Under the pieces are notes generated by a model. It worked only from the letters and a program-made list of their open reading frames with translations. It was not told where the DNA came from and did not search any database. This document shows positions 47,119-59,552 of a DNA stretch of 64,000 nt, piece by piece; position 1 is the first letter of the stretch, and every line of letters starts with the position of its first letter. This stretch comes from an uncultured Staphylococcaceae bacterium (GTDB taxonomy: Bacteria; Bacillota_I; Bacilli_A; RFN20; CAG-826): NCBI GenBank assembly GCA_964504595.1, contig CAZDEE010000008.1, positions 338 to 64,337 of the forward strand, written 5' to 3'. Position numbers and translations under genes: made by a program.

Positions 47119-48249
47119 ATGAAATTTACAATTGATAGAGACGCCTTTTTGAAAGGCTTGAATATTGCAAGTAAAGCAATTGGTTCAAAATCACCAATTC
47201 CTATTATGATTAATTTTAAATTGCAATTAACAATAGATGGATTAGCTATTACCGGAAGTAATAATGAAATAACTATTAAAACATTAATTCCTACAATGAA
47301 TGGTGAAGAAAGAATTATTACTGATGTTGAATATGGAGCAACTTTAGTATCTAATAAAATCTTAACGGATATTGTTAGAAAAGTTGAAGGATCAAAAATT
47401 CATTTTGAAGTTATAGATGACACAATAGTTCAAATTAGTGATAATCGTTCTAATTTTAAATTAAACGCAATTAGAGTTGAAGAATATCCAGAAATTGATT
47501 TAAGTAACAATGGAGTTTCTTTAACAATAAATAAAGAATTATTCCAAACATTAATTTCACAAACAGCGTTTGCAGCCTCTAACAAAGAACAAAGGCCTAT
47601 ATTAACTGCAGTTAATTTACAAGCGGATAACGGAAGATTAACCGCAACTGCGACCGATAGTGCACGTCTAGCTAGAAAAGAAATTGAATTAAATGTGACT
47701 TATGCTTTCACCGCAAATATTCCAGCAAAAGTTTTGACAGAAGTTTCGAAGTTAATTGAAAGTGAAAATGTTGAAAATGTTATTTTAGCTATTAATGAAA
47801 CTAAAGCTTTATTCTCTTTTGGAACAACCATCGTTAGTTCGCGTTTAATAAGTGGCGATTACCCTAATACAAAAAATATCGTTCCAAAATCATTTAATTA
47901 TTTTTTAGAAGCTAATTCACAAGAATTAATTTCCGCAATGGAACGTGTTTCTCTCCTTTTATCAGAAAAAGAAAACGTTGTTAAATTGACAATGTCATCT
48001 GAAGGTGTTGAAGTTTCAACAAAATCTTCACAAATTGGATCAGCAACAGAAAGAATTAATACTTGCCAATACGATGGAGAAAGATTAGAAATTTCATTCA
48101 ATTCTAATTATGTGATAGAAGCTATTAAAGCTTGTAATTCAGAAGATGTCACTCTTGCATTCTTAGGAGAAATGAAGCCATTTGTTATTAAAAATGGTCA
48201 AGATGAATCACAAATTCAATTAGTAACTCCAATGAGAACTTACAATTAA
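47119..48249 (+). CDS. dnaN: DNA polymerase III beta sliding clamp
   Basis: 376 aa starting MKFTI.RD.F. dnaA-dnaN order. RBS AAGGAGA. Confidence 0.95.
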   Translation: MKFTIDRDAFLKGLNIASKAIGSKSPIPIMINFKLQLTIDGLAITGSNNEITIKTLIPTMNGEERIITDVEYGATLVSNKILTDIVRKVEGSKIHFEVIDDTIVQISDNRSNFKLNAIRVEEYPEIDLSNNGVSLTINKELFQTLISQTAFAASNKEQRPILTAVNLQADNGRLTATATDSARLARKEIELNVTYAFTANIPAKVLTEVSKLIESENVENVILAINETKALFSFGTTIVSSRLISGDYPNTKNIVPKSFNYFLEANSQELISAMERVSLLLSEKENVVKLTMSSEGVEVSTKSSQIGSATERINTCQYDGERLEISFNSNYVIEAIKACNSEDVTLAFLGEMKPFVIKNGQDESQIQLVTPMRTYN

Positions 48250-48286
48250 TTTATAAGCAAAAATACAAGCGAAAATAAGATTTAGC

Positions 48287-48316
48287 AAAGGAAATATTTA
48301 TATTTCCTTTTTTCTT
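48287..48316 (+). terminator. intrinsic terminator after dnaN
   Basis: A 10-bp stem AAAGGAAATA / TATTTCCTTT with loop TTTA, then TTTTCTTT. TGgTATAAT (48323-48331) follows. Confidence 0.7.
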
Positions 48317-48362
48317 TATTTTTGGTATAATATAGTAAGTCGGAAATAAAAGGAGAAAAAAG

Positions 48363-48571
48363 ATGAAAAAAATAGCAATCCATACGCCTTATATAACCTT
48401 AGGTCAATTTTTAAAACTTACTAATATTATCTCTAATGGAGGCGAAGCTAAGTTTTTTCTTTCCTGCAACACACCGTTGATCGATGACGAAGAAGATAAT
48501 CGTCGTGGAAGAAAACTTTATCATGGAATGATCGTTAAAATAAATGATGAAGAATTCCAAATTGTTAAAGA

Positions 48572-48575
<4 letters not shown>
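48363..48575 (+). CDS. yaaA: S4-domain RNA-binding protein YaaA
   Basis: 70 aa with I.L.QFLK......GGEAK and a conserved slot between dnaN and recF. Confidence 0.8.
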
Positions 48576-51611
<3,036 letters not shown>

Positions 51612-51628
51612 TAAAGGAGGAAAACAAG

Positions 51629-54163
51629 ATGGCTGATGAAGAAAATAAAGTTGAAGAATTAACTGAAGAAGAACAAGCAGAAGTTGATTCTTTGAGCGAT
51701 ATTGAAGAAGGAATAGTTGCTGGTTTAGCGGATGTTGACTTAGCGAAAGAAGTTCGTAATTCATTTTTAGATTACTCAATGTCTGTAATTGTTTCCCGTG
51801 CTTTACCAGATGTTAGAGATGGTTTAAAACCTGTTCATCGTCGTATTATTTACGGAATGAGTGAATTGGGTATGCAACCAGATAAACCTTATAAAAAATC
51901 TGCGCGTATCGTCGGTGATGTTATGGGTAAATATCACCCTCACGGTGACTCCTCAATTTATGGTGCGTTAGTTCGTTTAGCTCAACCTTTTGCTATTCGT
52001 TACACCCTTGTTGATGGACATGGTAACTTTGGTTCTATCGATGGTGATAGCGCAGCGGCGATGCGTTATACAGAAGCAAGAATGGCCAAGATAGCTATGG
52101 AAATGGTCCGTGATATAGATGAAGATACAGTTGATTTCATGGACAACTATGATGGAAGTGAAAAAGAACCAGTTGTTCTTCCTTCTAGATTCCCAAATTT
52201 ACTTGTCAATGGAGCAAACGGAATTGCTGTTGGTATGGCCACTAATATTCCACCACATAATTTAGGTGAAGTAATTGATGCTGTTAAAGCTGTTGCGCAT
52301 AATCCTGATATTACAGCAGTAGAGTTAATGAACACTTGTCTGTTTGGACCGGACTTCCCTACTGGAGGTTTGATTTTAGGTAAAGGCGGAATTAGAAAAG
52401 CTTATGAAACTGGACAAGGAAGCATTGTTATTCGTTCTAAAGCTGAAATAGTCGAAAGAGAAAATGGAAGAAAAAGGATAGTTGTTACAGAAATTCCTTA
52501 TCAAGTAAATAAATCTAACATGATTGAAGCTATTGCCAAACTTGTTCGTGACAAAGTGATTGAAGGAATTACTGATTTAAGAGATGAATCTAACAAAGAA
52601 GGAATTAGAGTTGTTATTGATTTAAGAAAAGATGCTGTTCCAGAAGTTATTTTAAATCAACTATTTAAATTAACTCAGTTACAAGTATCATTTGGTATCA
52701 TTATGCTTGTCTTAGATCATGGACAACCAAAAGTACTTCCAATTGTAGATGTTTTAAAACTTTATCTTGAACATCAAGTTGAAGTTGTTGAAAGAAGAAC
52801 AAATCATTTACTTAAAAAAGCTTTAAATCGTGAACATATTCTTGAAGGATTGTTAATTGCACAAGACAATATTGATGAAATAGTTTCTTTAATTAGAAAT
52901 AGTCAAACAACTGAAATTGCAAAAAATGCTTTAATTGAAAGATTCTCTTTATCTGAAATTCAAGCAAAAGAAATTTTAGATATGAGACTTGCTAAATTAA
53001 CAGGACTAGAAAAAGCAAAACTTTTAGATGAATTAGAAAAAGTAAGAGGCTTAATTGCGTCATATCGCGAGTTATTAAGCTCAAGAGAAAATATCATTGA
53101 ATTAATTATTAAGGAATTAGATGAAATTAAAGAAAAATATTCAGATGATAGACGAACAGTACTATCTAATGATTTATCAAATATTGATGACGAAGATTTA
53201 ATTCCAGAAGAGGAAATAGTTGTTACCTTAACTAAGAATGGATATATTAAGCGCTTAGCTACAGATACCTTTAAAACACAAAATAGAGGTGGACGTGGAA
53301 TTAAGGGAATGCAAACAAATGAAAATGATGTTGTTGATATTTTAGTTCATACGAAAACCCATACAGATGTCTTATTTTTCACAAACAAAGGTAAGGTCTA
53401 TCGTATTAGAGGATATCAAATACCTGAATTTTCTAGAACATCAAAAGGATTACCAATCGTCAACTTATTAAATTTAGATAAAGATGAAAAAGTAATGTCG
53501 ATTCTTTCTATTGACGAATATAAAGATGGTGAATATTTATTCTTTATTACAAAAGAAGGTCTTGTAAAACGTACAGAAGCTAAAGAATTTGCTTCAATTC
53601 GTCAAAATGGTAAGATAGCTATATCATTAAAAGATGGTGATGAATTATTCTCTGTAAAACGTACAGACGGAAAATCATTAATTGGAATTGCTGTTAATAA
53701 AGGAAAAATGGTTAAATTTAACGAAAGCGATGTTCGTGCGATGGGAAGAACAGCCGCGGGTGTTAAAGGAATTAATGTTGATGGTAGTTATGTTGTAGGT
53801 GCAACGACATCATTAGAAGGTAAATACGTTCTTGCTGTATCAGAAAATGGATATGGTAAAATGTCTCTTGTGGATGATTATCGCTTAACTTCAAGAGGTA
53901 CTAAAGGTGTTTTAACTTTAAATATTACTCCAAAGACAGGATCTTTAGTTGCGTTATCCTCGGTTAACGGAGATGAAGATTTAATGATTATTACCAAAGG
54001 TGGTATTGTTATTAGAATGACATTATCTCAAGTTAAAATCGCTGGTAGAAATACACAAGGTGTACGTTTGATTAGATTAGACGAAGGTCAAGAAATATCT
54101 TCGATTGCAATTGTTCCTCATGATGATGAAGAAATATTAGAAGATATTGAAACAAAAGAATAA
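51629..54163 (+). CDS. gyrA: DNA gyrase subunit A
   Basis: [16 protein letters not shown], active-site region AAMRYTE, a C-terminal beta-pinwheel and an acidic tail. Confidence 0.97.
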   Translation: MADEENKVEELTEEEQAEVDSLSDIEEGIVAGLADVDLAKEVRNSFLDYSMSVIVSRALPDVRDGLKPVHRRIIYGMSELGMQPDKPYKKSARIVGDVMGKYHPHGDSSIYGALVRLAQPFAIRYTLVDGHGNFGSIDGDSAAAMRYTEARMAKIAMEMVRDIDEDTVDFMDNYDGSEKEPVVLPSRFPNLLVNGANGIAVGMATNIPPHNLGEVIDAVKAVAHNPDITAVELMNTCLFGPDFPTGGLILGKGGIRKAYETGQGSIVIRSKAEIVERENGRKRIVVTEIPYQVNKSNMIEAIAKLVRDKVIEGITDLRDESNKEGIRVVIDLRKDAVPEVILNQLFKLTQLQVSFGIIMLVLDHGQPKVLPIVDVLKLYLEHQVEVVERRTNHLLKKALNREHILEGLLIAQDNIDEIVSLIRNSQTTEIAKNALIERFSLSEIQAKEILDMRLAKLTGLEKAKLLDELEKVRGLIASYRELLSSRENIIELIIKELDEIKEKYSDDRRTVLSNDLSNIDDEDLIPEEEIVVTLTKNGYIKRLATDTFKTQNRGGRGIKGMQTNENDVVDILVHTKTHTDVLFFTNKGKVYRIRGYQIPEFSRTSKGLPIVNLLNLDKDEKVMSILSIDEYKDGEYLFFITKEGLVKRTEAKEFASIRQNGKIAISLKDGDELFSVKRTDGKSLIGIAVNKGKMVKFNESDVRAMGRTAAGVKGINVDGSYVVGATTSLEGKYVLAVSENGYGKMSLVDDYRLTSRGTKGVLTLNITPKTGSLVALSSVNGDEDLMIITKGGIVIRMTLSQVKIAGRNTQGVRLIRLDEGQEISSIAIVPHDDEEILEDIETKE

Positions 54164-54208
54164 AAAAAGACTGTAAGCAAGTGATGTAGTTTACGCTCTT
54201 TAAATAAG

Positions 54209-54240
54209 AACGGGATTGAATTTTCAACCCCGTTTTTCTT
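54209..54240 (+). terminator. intrinsic terminator after gyrA
   Basis: AACGGGATTGAA / TTCAACCCCGTT hairpin with one mismatch, followed by TTTTT. Confidence 0.65.
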
Positions 54241-54300
54241 TATAGTTTTCAAGAGTTTTGCGGCTTAGCTTCACTTTATATAGTCTTTTTACTTTTAAAA

Positions 54301-55155
54301 TTATAGGATGTTTAATAAGCTTAATGTAATAACAGCGATACCAAGAATAGACAAATAGATACTGAAATACCATAATTTTCCTTTTTTTATAATATTTAAT
54401 AATAACTTTAAAGAAAAATAAGTAACTATTCCGGCAATAATAATTCCAATAATATAAGGAACTGTAAGTGTAGAATCAAATAAAGCTGGTTCTTTTATTA
54501 AATCATAAACTTCAATAAGAAAGGAACCGGCGGATATAGGGATAAACATCAAAAATGCAAAATTTGCAGAATCTTCATTATTGAATTTTCTTGTTTTCAA
54601 TCCTGAAATTGTAATTCCAGAGCGTGAAATGCCTGGTAAAACCCCAATTGCTTGAAAAGATCCTACTACAACGGCATCTAACACAGTCATTTCTTTAATT
54701 TTTCTTTCAAATTTTAGACGACTAATAATATATAAAATAATAGCGGTAATTAAGAAGTCGATTCCTAAATAAACGCTACTTTTAAATACTTCTTCAATAA
54801 TATCTTTTAATAAAAGTCCTACTAAACCAGCAGGAATTGTTGCAATGATAAGCATTAAAACTAGTCTTGAGTTTTTATAAGCTTCTTCACTTCTATCCTT
54901 TTTAAAAATAAATAGAAAGGTATATTTTATCATCGACCATATTTCTTTTGCGTAAAAGGCAATAACTGCGATTAAACTACCAGCGTGTAGAAAAATTGAT
55001 AAAGTTAAAGAAGGATCGATTCCCACTAATTCGCTAGCAAGGGTTATATGTCCTGAAGAAGAAATAGGAAGAATTTCTGCGATTCCTTGTACTATAGCAA
55101 TAAAAATATATTTTAAAATTTCAACAAGTTTGAGACCAGAATTTAAAAAAATCAT
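54301..55155 (-). CDS. uppP: undecaprenyl-diphosphatase (BacA/UppP)
   Basis: 284 aa polytopic protein with motifs EILPISSSGH and PGISRSG. Confidence 0.9.
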   Translation of the reverse strand: MIFLNSGLKLVEILKYIFIAIVQGIAEILPISSSGHITLASELVGIDPSLTLSIFLHAGSLIAVIAFYAKEIWSMIKYTFLFIFKKDRSEEAYKNSRLVLMLIIATIPAGLVGLLLKDIIEEVFKSSVYLGIDFLITAIILYIISRLKFERKIKEMTVLDAVVVGSFQAIGVLPGISRSGITISGLKTRKFNNEDSANFAFLMFIPISAGSFLIEVYDLIKEPALFDSTLTVPYIIGIIIAGIVTYFSLKLLLNIIKKGKLWYFSIYLSILGIAVITLSLLNIL

Positions 55156-55228
55156 AAAAGTACCTCAATTCATTAACATTATATTATAAAAAAGAAAGTG
55201 ATAAAACAAAAATATCGATTTATATATC

Positions 55229-55257
55229 TTGATATTCAGTTTGTTACTTAGTAAAAT
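55229..55257 (+). promoter_or_regulatory. putative sigma-A promoter of serS leader
   Basis: TTGATA (55229-55234), 17 nt of spacer, TAAAAT (55252-55257). Confidence 0.5.
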
Positions 55258-55263
55258 AAAGAT

Positions 55264-55470
55264 GCTCAAAGATAAAGGCCAGTAAAAAGAGAAGTACTTG
55301 TAGAGAGTCATCGGTTGGTGAAAGATGATAGATTAACTTTTGAATCCACCTTTTAGAGAGAACTTAATCGTTCCGTTGCTTGCGTTAAAAGCAAAAGAGA
55401 TATGTTTTCGATAAGGAAATAAAAAAGGGTGGTACCGCGTTAATTACGTCCCTACTAAGGGGCTTTTTTT
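55264..55470 (+). promoter_or_regulatory. T-box riboswitch leader (tRNA-Ser)
   Basis: Conserved T-box sequence AAAGGGTGGTACCGCG (55424-55439). Terminator GTCCCT-ACTA-AGGGGC plus T7 (55448-55470). Stem I elements AGAGAAGTA and GGTGAAAG. GAA-TCC-A specifier context with TCC at 55345-55347. serS lies downstream. Confidence 0.85.
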
Positions 55471-55493
55471 ATTGATTGAAAGGAGAAAAAACA

Positions 55494-56771
55494 ATGTTAG
55501 ATTTAAATTTAATTAAAACAAATCCAGAATTTGTTTCTGCAGAACTTAAGAAAAAGGGCTGGGATGTCGATTTTACGGATTTAATTGCTAAAATGAATTT
55601 ACGCTTAGAATTATTACAAAAAGTCGAATCTATGCGTGCAGAAAAAAATGCTTTATCTGCTTCAGTTCCTCAAGTAAAAAAAGAAGGAGGGGATGTTACT
55701 TTAATCTTTAAAAAGGTTAAGGAATTATCTGCTTCTATGGCGGACGATGAAAAGAAATTAGAAGAGTTAGAAAATGAAATAAAAACTTTTGTTGAGGCTT
55801 TACCAAATTTACCAGATGAAGATTTATTAGGCGGAGAAAAAGAAAATAATAAAGTTATTCGTGTTGTTGGAACTAAGCCACAATTCTCTTTTAAACCAAA
55901 AGATCATGTTGAACTTGCTGAATCATTAGGTTTAGTGGATTATGAAAGAGGCGCAAAAATTTCCGGTAGAGGTACATGGATTTATACAGGATTAGGCGCT
56001 CAACTTGAATGGGCTTTAATTAACTATTTTATTTCCACTCACCTTGCGGATGGATACACAATGATTCTTCCACCACATTTATTAAATGAAGAAAGTGGCT
56101 ATACTGCTGGACAATTCCCAAAATTTAAAGAAGATGTTTTCTGGTTAGAAGGAGAAAATAAATTTATGCTCCCAACTGCAGAAACCGCACTTGTAAATTT
56201 ACATCGAAAAGAAATTCTTTCTGAAGAAGAACTTCCTAAAAAATATTTTGCTTATACACCATGCTATCGTTGTGAAGCAGGAAGTTATCGTACTGAAGAA
56301 AGAGGTATGATTAGAGGATATCAATTCAATAAAGTTGAACTTGTACAATACACGACTGAAACTGGAAGTGATGCAGCATTTGAAGAATTAGTGGAGAAAG
56401 CATCCTCTTTAGTTGAAAGATTAGGATTACATTTCCAAGTTTCTAAACTTGCCGCAGGAGATTGCTCTCATTCAATGGCAAGAACATATGATGTTGAAAT
56501 TTGGATTCCAAGTATGGGTATTTATAAAGAAGTCTCATCTGCGAGTAACGCAAGAGATTATCAAGCACGTCGTGGAATGATTAGATATCGTGATTCCGCA
56601 ACAGGAAAACCTAAGTTCTGTCATACTTTAAACGCTTCAGGACTTGCAACAAGTCGTTTGTTCCCTGCTCTTCTAGAACAATGTCAACAAGAAGATGGAT
56701 CGGTAATTATACCAGAAGTACTTGTTCCATTTATGGGCGGAATTAAAGTTTTAAAACCTATTAAAAAGTAA
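55494..56771 (+). CDS. serS: seryl-tRNA synthetase
   Basis: MLDLNLIKTNPE.. with an N-terminal coiled-coil arm and a class II core. Start at ATG 55494 after AAAGGAGA. Confidence 0.95.
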   Translation: MLDLNLIKTNPEFVSAELKKKGWDVDFTDLIAKMNLRLELLQKVESMRAEKNALSASVPQVKKEGGDVTLIFKKVKELSASMADDEKKLEELENEIKTFVEALPNLPDEDLLGGEKENNKVIRVVGTKPQFSFKPKDHVELAESLGLVDYERGAKISGRGTWIYTGLGAQLEWALINYFISTHLADGYTMILPPHLLNEESGYTAGQFPKFKEDVFWLEGENKFMLPTAETALVNLHRKEILSEEELPKKYFAYTPCYRCEAGSYRTEERGMIRGYQFNKVELVQYTTETGSDAAFEELVEKASSLVERLGLHFQVSKLAAGDCSHSMARTYDVEIWIPSMGIYKEVSSASNARDYQARRGMIRYRDSATGKPKFCHTLNASGLATSRLFPALLEQCQQEDGSVIIPEVLVPFMGGIKVLKPIKK

Positions 56772-56773
56772 TA

Positions 56774-56797
56774 AAATCGGGTTAAATACCCGATTTT
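56774..56797 (+). terminator. intrinsic terminator after serS
   Basis: AAATCGGGT-TAAAT-ACCCGATTT followed by T. Confidence 0.75.
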
Positions 56798-56867
56798 AAT
56801 TTGCTTTTTTAAATAATAAAGGCTCATCTGTAATAATAGTTAAGAGTAAAAAAATAAAATTGTTTGC

Positions 56868-56896
56868 TTGAATTTTAAAGTTAAAATCGATAAAAT
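56868..56896 (+). promoter_or_regulatory. putative promoter of MATE leader
   Basis: TTGAAT (56868-56873), 17 nt of spacer, TAAAAT (56891-56896). Confidence 0.4.
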
Positions 56897-56917
56897 GATT
56901 AAGTCAATGCGCAACTA

Positions 56918-56958
56918 TAGTGTGTAAGTCCAATTGATTGGATGAACACACTTTTTTT
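56918..56958 (+). terminator. terminator-like hairpin + T7 immediately upstream of MATE RBS (candidate attenuator)
   Basis: TAGTGTGT aag TCCAAT tg ATTGGA tga ACACACT followed by TTTTTTT. RBS AAAGGAGAG at 56962-56970 and ATG at 56975. Confidence 0.5.
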
Positions 56959-56974
56959 ATTTAAAGGAGAGTTT

Positions 56975-58351
56975 ATGGAAAATATCAAACAGAATAAAAT
57001 GGCAACAGAACCGCTTAAAAAACTATTTTGGAAGATGGGACTTCCAATGATGGTATCGATGATTTTACAAGCATTATATAATGTAATAGATAGTATTTTT
57101 GTTGCAAATATTAAAGAAGTTGGAGCAATAGCAAATGAAGCATTAACTTATGCTTTTCCGATACAAATATTAATTATTGCTATAGGTGTTGGAACTGGTG
57201 TTGGGTTAAATACTCTGCTTTCTAAAAGTTTAGGAGAAAAGAATGAAGAAAAAGTAAATCAAGTTGCCGGCAATGGAATATTTTTAGCTATAGTTATTTA
57301 TTTAATATTTTTGTTATTTGGATTATTTGGGTCAAGATGGTTTATTTCATTTTTTACAAGTGACACACAAGTAATTGAAATGGGAACAGAGTATTTAATG
57401 ATTTGTTCTTCTCTTTCATTAGGATCTATCGGTTTTACATTTTATGAAAGATTTTTGCAAGCAACAGGAAAAACAATGTATTCAACAATCGCACAAGTGT
57501 TGGGCGCTATTACAAATATTATTTTTGATTATATATTTATTTTTCCGCTTAACATGGGAACAAGTGGAGCGGCTTGGGCAACGGTTTTAGGGCAATTTGT
57601 ATCTTTATTAGTGGCGATGCTTTTACATTATACAAAGAATAAAGAAATTAGTAGTGGCTTGAAGTTTATTAGACCAAAAAAGGAAATTGTCAAAGGAATA
57701 TATTCAATAGGTTTTTCGGCGTTTTTAATGCAAGGTTTACTTTCAGTGATGATGGCGGGAATGAATGTTATTTTAGGATCCGCAAATGTTGAATCTTTAG
57801 TTTTGGTTGGCTCATTTGGAATTTATTATAAAATACAGCAAATTGCATTATTTTCTTGCTTTGGACTTTCTAACACGATTATAACAATACTTTCTTTTAA
57901 TTATGGAATGAAAGATAAAAAGCGTTCGATAGATTGTATTAAATATGGAATTATTGATACATTTATTGTAACTATAATAATAACAATTTTATTTGAAATA
58001 ATTGCTAAACCACTATCTCAATTATTCGCTCTTTCAGGAGAATCGACAGTTGAACTCATAGATGTATGTGAAAAGGCAACAAGAATAGCTTCGATAGGTT
58101 ATATTTTTATGGGATGTACAGTTGCGATTCAAGGAATACTTCAAGCGTTAAGACTCGCATTAAAACCGTTTTTAACAGCTTTATGTAGACTTGTTATTTT
58201 TGTTTTTCCGGTCGCGTATTTATTTACACTTTCTTCAAATGTTATAAATATTGTTTGGTGGACTTTTCCTATCGCAGAGTTTTTAACTGCAATAATCTCA
58301 TTTTTAATTTTAAAAAATGTTGTTAAAACAAAAATTGAAATATTAGAATAA
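56975..58351 (+). CDS. MATE-family efflux transporter
   Basis: About 458 aa, 12 TM, with the N-terminus MENIKQNKM..PLKKLFWKMGLPMMVSMILQALYNVIDSIFV typical of NorM/DinF-like MATE proteins. Start at ATG 56975. Confidence 0.9.
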   Translation: MENIKQNKMATEPLKKLFWKMGLPMMVSMILQALYNVIDSIFVANIKEVGAIANEALTYAFPIQILIIAIGVGTGVGLNTLLSKSLGEKNEEKVNQVAGNGIFLAIVIYLIFLLFGLFGSRWFISFFTSDTQVIEMGTEYLMICSSLSLGSIGFTFYERFLQATGKTMYSTIAQVLGAITNIIFDYIFIFPLNMGTSGAAWATVLGQFVSLLVAMLLHYTKNKEISSGLKFIRPKKEIVKGIYSIGFSAFLMQGLLSVMMAGMNVILGSANVESLVLVGSFGIYYKIQQIALFSCFGLSNTIITILSFNYGMKDKKRSIDCIKYGIIDTFIVTIIITILFEIIAKPLSQLFALSGESTVELIDVCEKATRIASIGYIFMGCTVAIQGILQALRLALKPFLTALCRLVIFVFPVAYLFTLSSNVINIVWWTFPIAEFLTAIISFLILKNVVKTKIEILE

Positions 58352-58473
58352 TTTTTTATTGAAAATGACAAATAGGCTGTTTTAAAAATAAAACGTGAAA
58401 AAAATATCAGAAATAGTGTATTTTTAATTTTTGAGATTAATAACAAATTAAAATTATCAATAAAGAAATTACT

Positions 58474-58504
58474 TTGACAAATTAAATATAAATTATGATA
58501 TAAT
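58474..58504 (+). promoter_or_regulatory. promoter of SRP RNA gene
   Basis: TTGACA (58474-58479), 19-nt spacer, and an extended -10 TGaTATAAT (58496-58504). Confidence 0.6.
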
Positions 58505-58510
58505 AGTTTT

Positions 58511-58594
58511 GCCATTGCGATAAGGTGGTGTGAACCTGGTCAGGACGGGAACGTAGCAGCCATAAGCATTCATCTTATGTGCAATGGTTTTTTT
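58511..58594 (+). ncRNA. ffs: signal recognition particle RNA, short 4.5S type
   Basis: Domain IV core CCTGGTCAGGACGGGAACGTAGCAGCC with a GGAA tetraloop closed by ACG/CGT. Terminal helix GCCATTGC / GCAATGG, then a T-run. Adjacent to tadA, as scr is in B. subtilis. Confidence 0.85.
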
Positions 58595-58610
58595 ATAGAG
58601 GATTATAAAG

Positions 58611-59075
58611 ATGGAAATACATGAAAAATATATGAAAGAAGCGCTTAAAGAAGCAAAAAAGGCTTATGAAATAGATGAAGTTCCTATAGGATGTGTCATT
58701 GTTAAAGACGGAAAAATTATTGCAAGAGGTCATAATTTAAGAGAAAAGACCAATGATACTACCGCACATGCGGAAATTGTTGCTATTCGAAAAGCAACTA
58801 AAAAATTAAAATCATGGAGATTGGAAAATTGTGATATTTATGTGACTATAGAACCATGCTCAATGTGTGCTGGAGCAATTATGTGGAGCAAGATTAAACA
58901 TGTATATTTTGGCGCAAAAGATATTAAAGGAGGAGCGTTAGGATCATCTTTTAATTTATTTGAAGTTCCTAATATAAATCATAGGCCACAAGTAAGTGGA
59001 GGAATATTAGAAGAAGAAGCGGCATCTTTGATGAAAAGTTTTTTTAAATTAAAGAGAGAAAATAAAAAAGAATAA
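58611..59075 (+). CDS. tadA: tRNA-specific adenosine-34 deaminase
   Basis: CDA zinc motifs TAHAEIVAI and EPCSMCAGAI. 154 aa. Confidence 0.95.
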   Translation: MEIHEKYMKEALKEAKKAYEIDEVPIGCVIVKDGKIIARGHNLREKTNDTTAHAEIVAIRKATKKLKSWRLENCDIYVTIEPCSMCAGAIMWSKIKHVYFGAKDIKGGALGSSFNLFEVPNINHRPQVSGGILEEEAASLMKSFFKLKRENKKE

Positions 59076-59113
59076 TAGATATATATAAGAGCAAACTATA
59101 TATGGTGATAAAA

Positions 59114-59464
59114 ATGAAACTCATTTATAGGGCTTGTACAATCATTTTAATGTTGCTTTTTATATTTTTTGCTAGTTCTGTATCAGTGTTTTTGTTAAAG
59201 AAACCTGTTTTAACAGATGTAAAAGTGGCATCAGAAATTATAATAGAAGAATTTGTTTTTAATAAAGTGATTATAGATAATCAAATAAGTTATTCTTGCT
59301 CTACTAAAACGGAAATAAACAGAAATAAAGCGATTTCTGTATCTTTTTTGCTTTTTGAAATAGAAAAACAACCTATTAGAGCGACAATAGAAGATATTAA
59401 TAAATATTATCAAGTAATCATATCGATAAATGAACAAGCATCAGTCGTTGAATCTATCAAATAA
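59114..59464 (+). CDS. hypothetical membrane-anchored protein
   Basis: About 116 aa with one N-terminal TM (IILMLLFIFFASSVSVFLL). No recognisable family, and a weak RBS (GGTGA). Confidence 0.4.
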   Translation: MKLIYRACTIILMLLFIFFASSVSVFLLKKPVLTDVKVASEIIIEEFVFNKVIIDNQISYSCSTKTEINRNKAISVSFLLFEIEKQPIRATIEDINKYYQVIISINEQASVVESIK

Positions 59465-59522
59465 ACATATTTTATTATTTTTAATGTGTCTTAATTTAAA
59501 AAACATTTTTGTAAGCGAAAAT

Positions 59523-59543
59523 ATAATGTATAATATACATTAT
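59523..59543. promoter_or_regulatory. perfect 21-bp palindrome overlapping a TATAAT, candidate operator of P-type ATPase gene
   Basis: ATAATGTATA-A-TATACATTAT, a 10-1-10 repeat, ends 9 nt upstream of the ORF-track start at 59553 (21 nt upstream of the alternative GTG start at 59565). Confidence 0.5.
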
Positions 59544-59552
59544 AAAGAATAG

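Noticed and set aside
58141-58515. A 124-aa minus-strand ORF spanning the MATE 3' end, the spacer and the start of the SRP RNA.
   Set aside because: It is antisense to a solid MATE gene and to the SRP RNA promoter. The product is low-complexity (Phe/Ile/Asn/Lys-rich) with no RBS, as expected for an AT-rich artefact.
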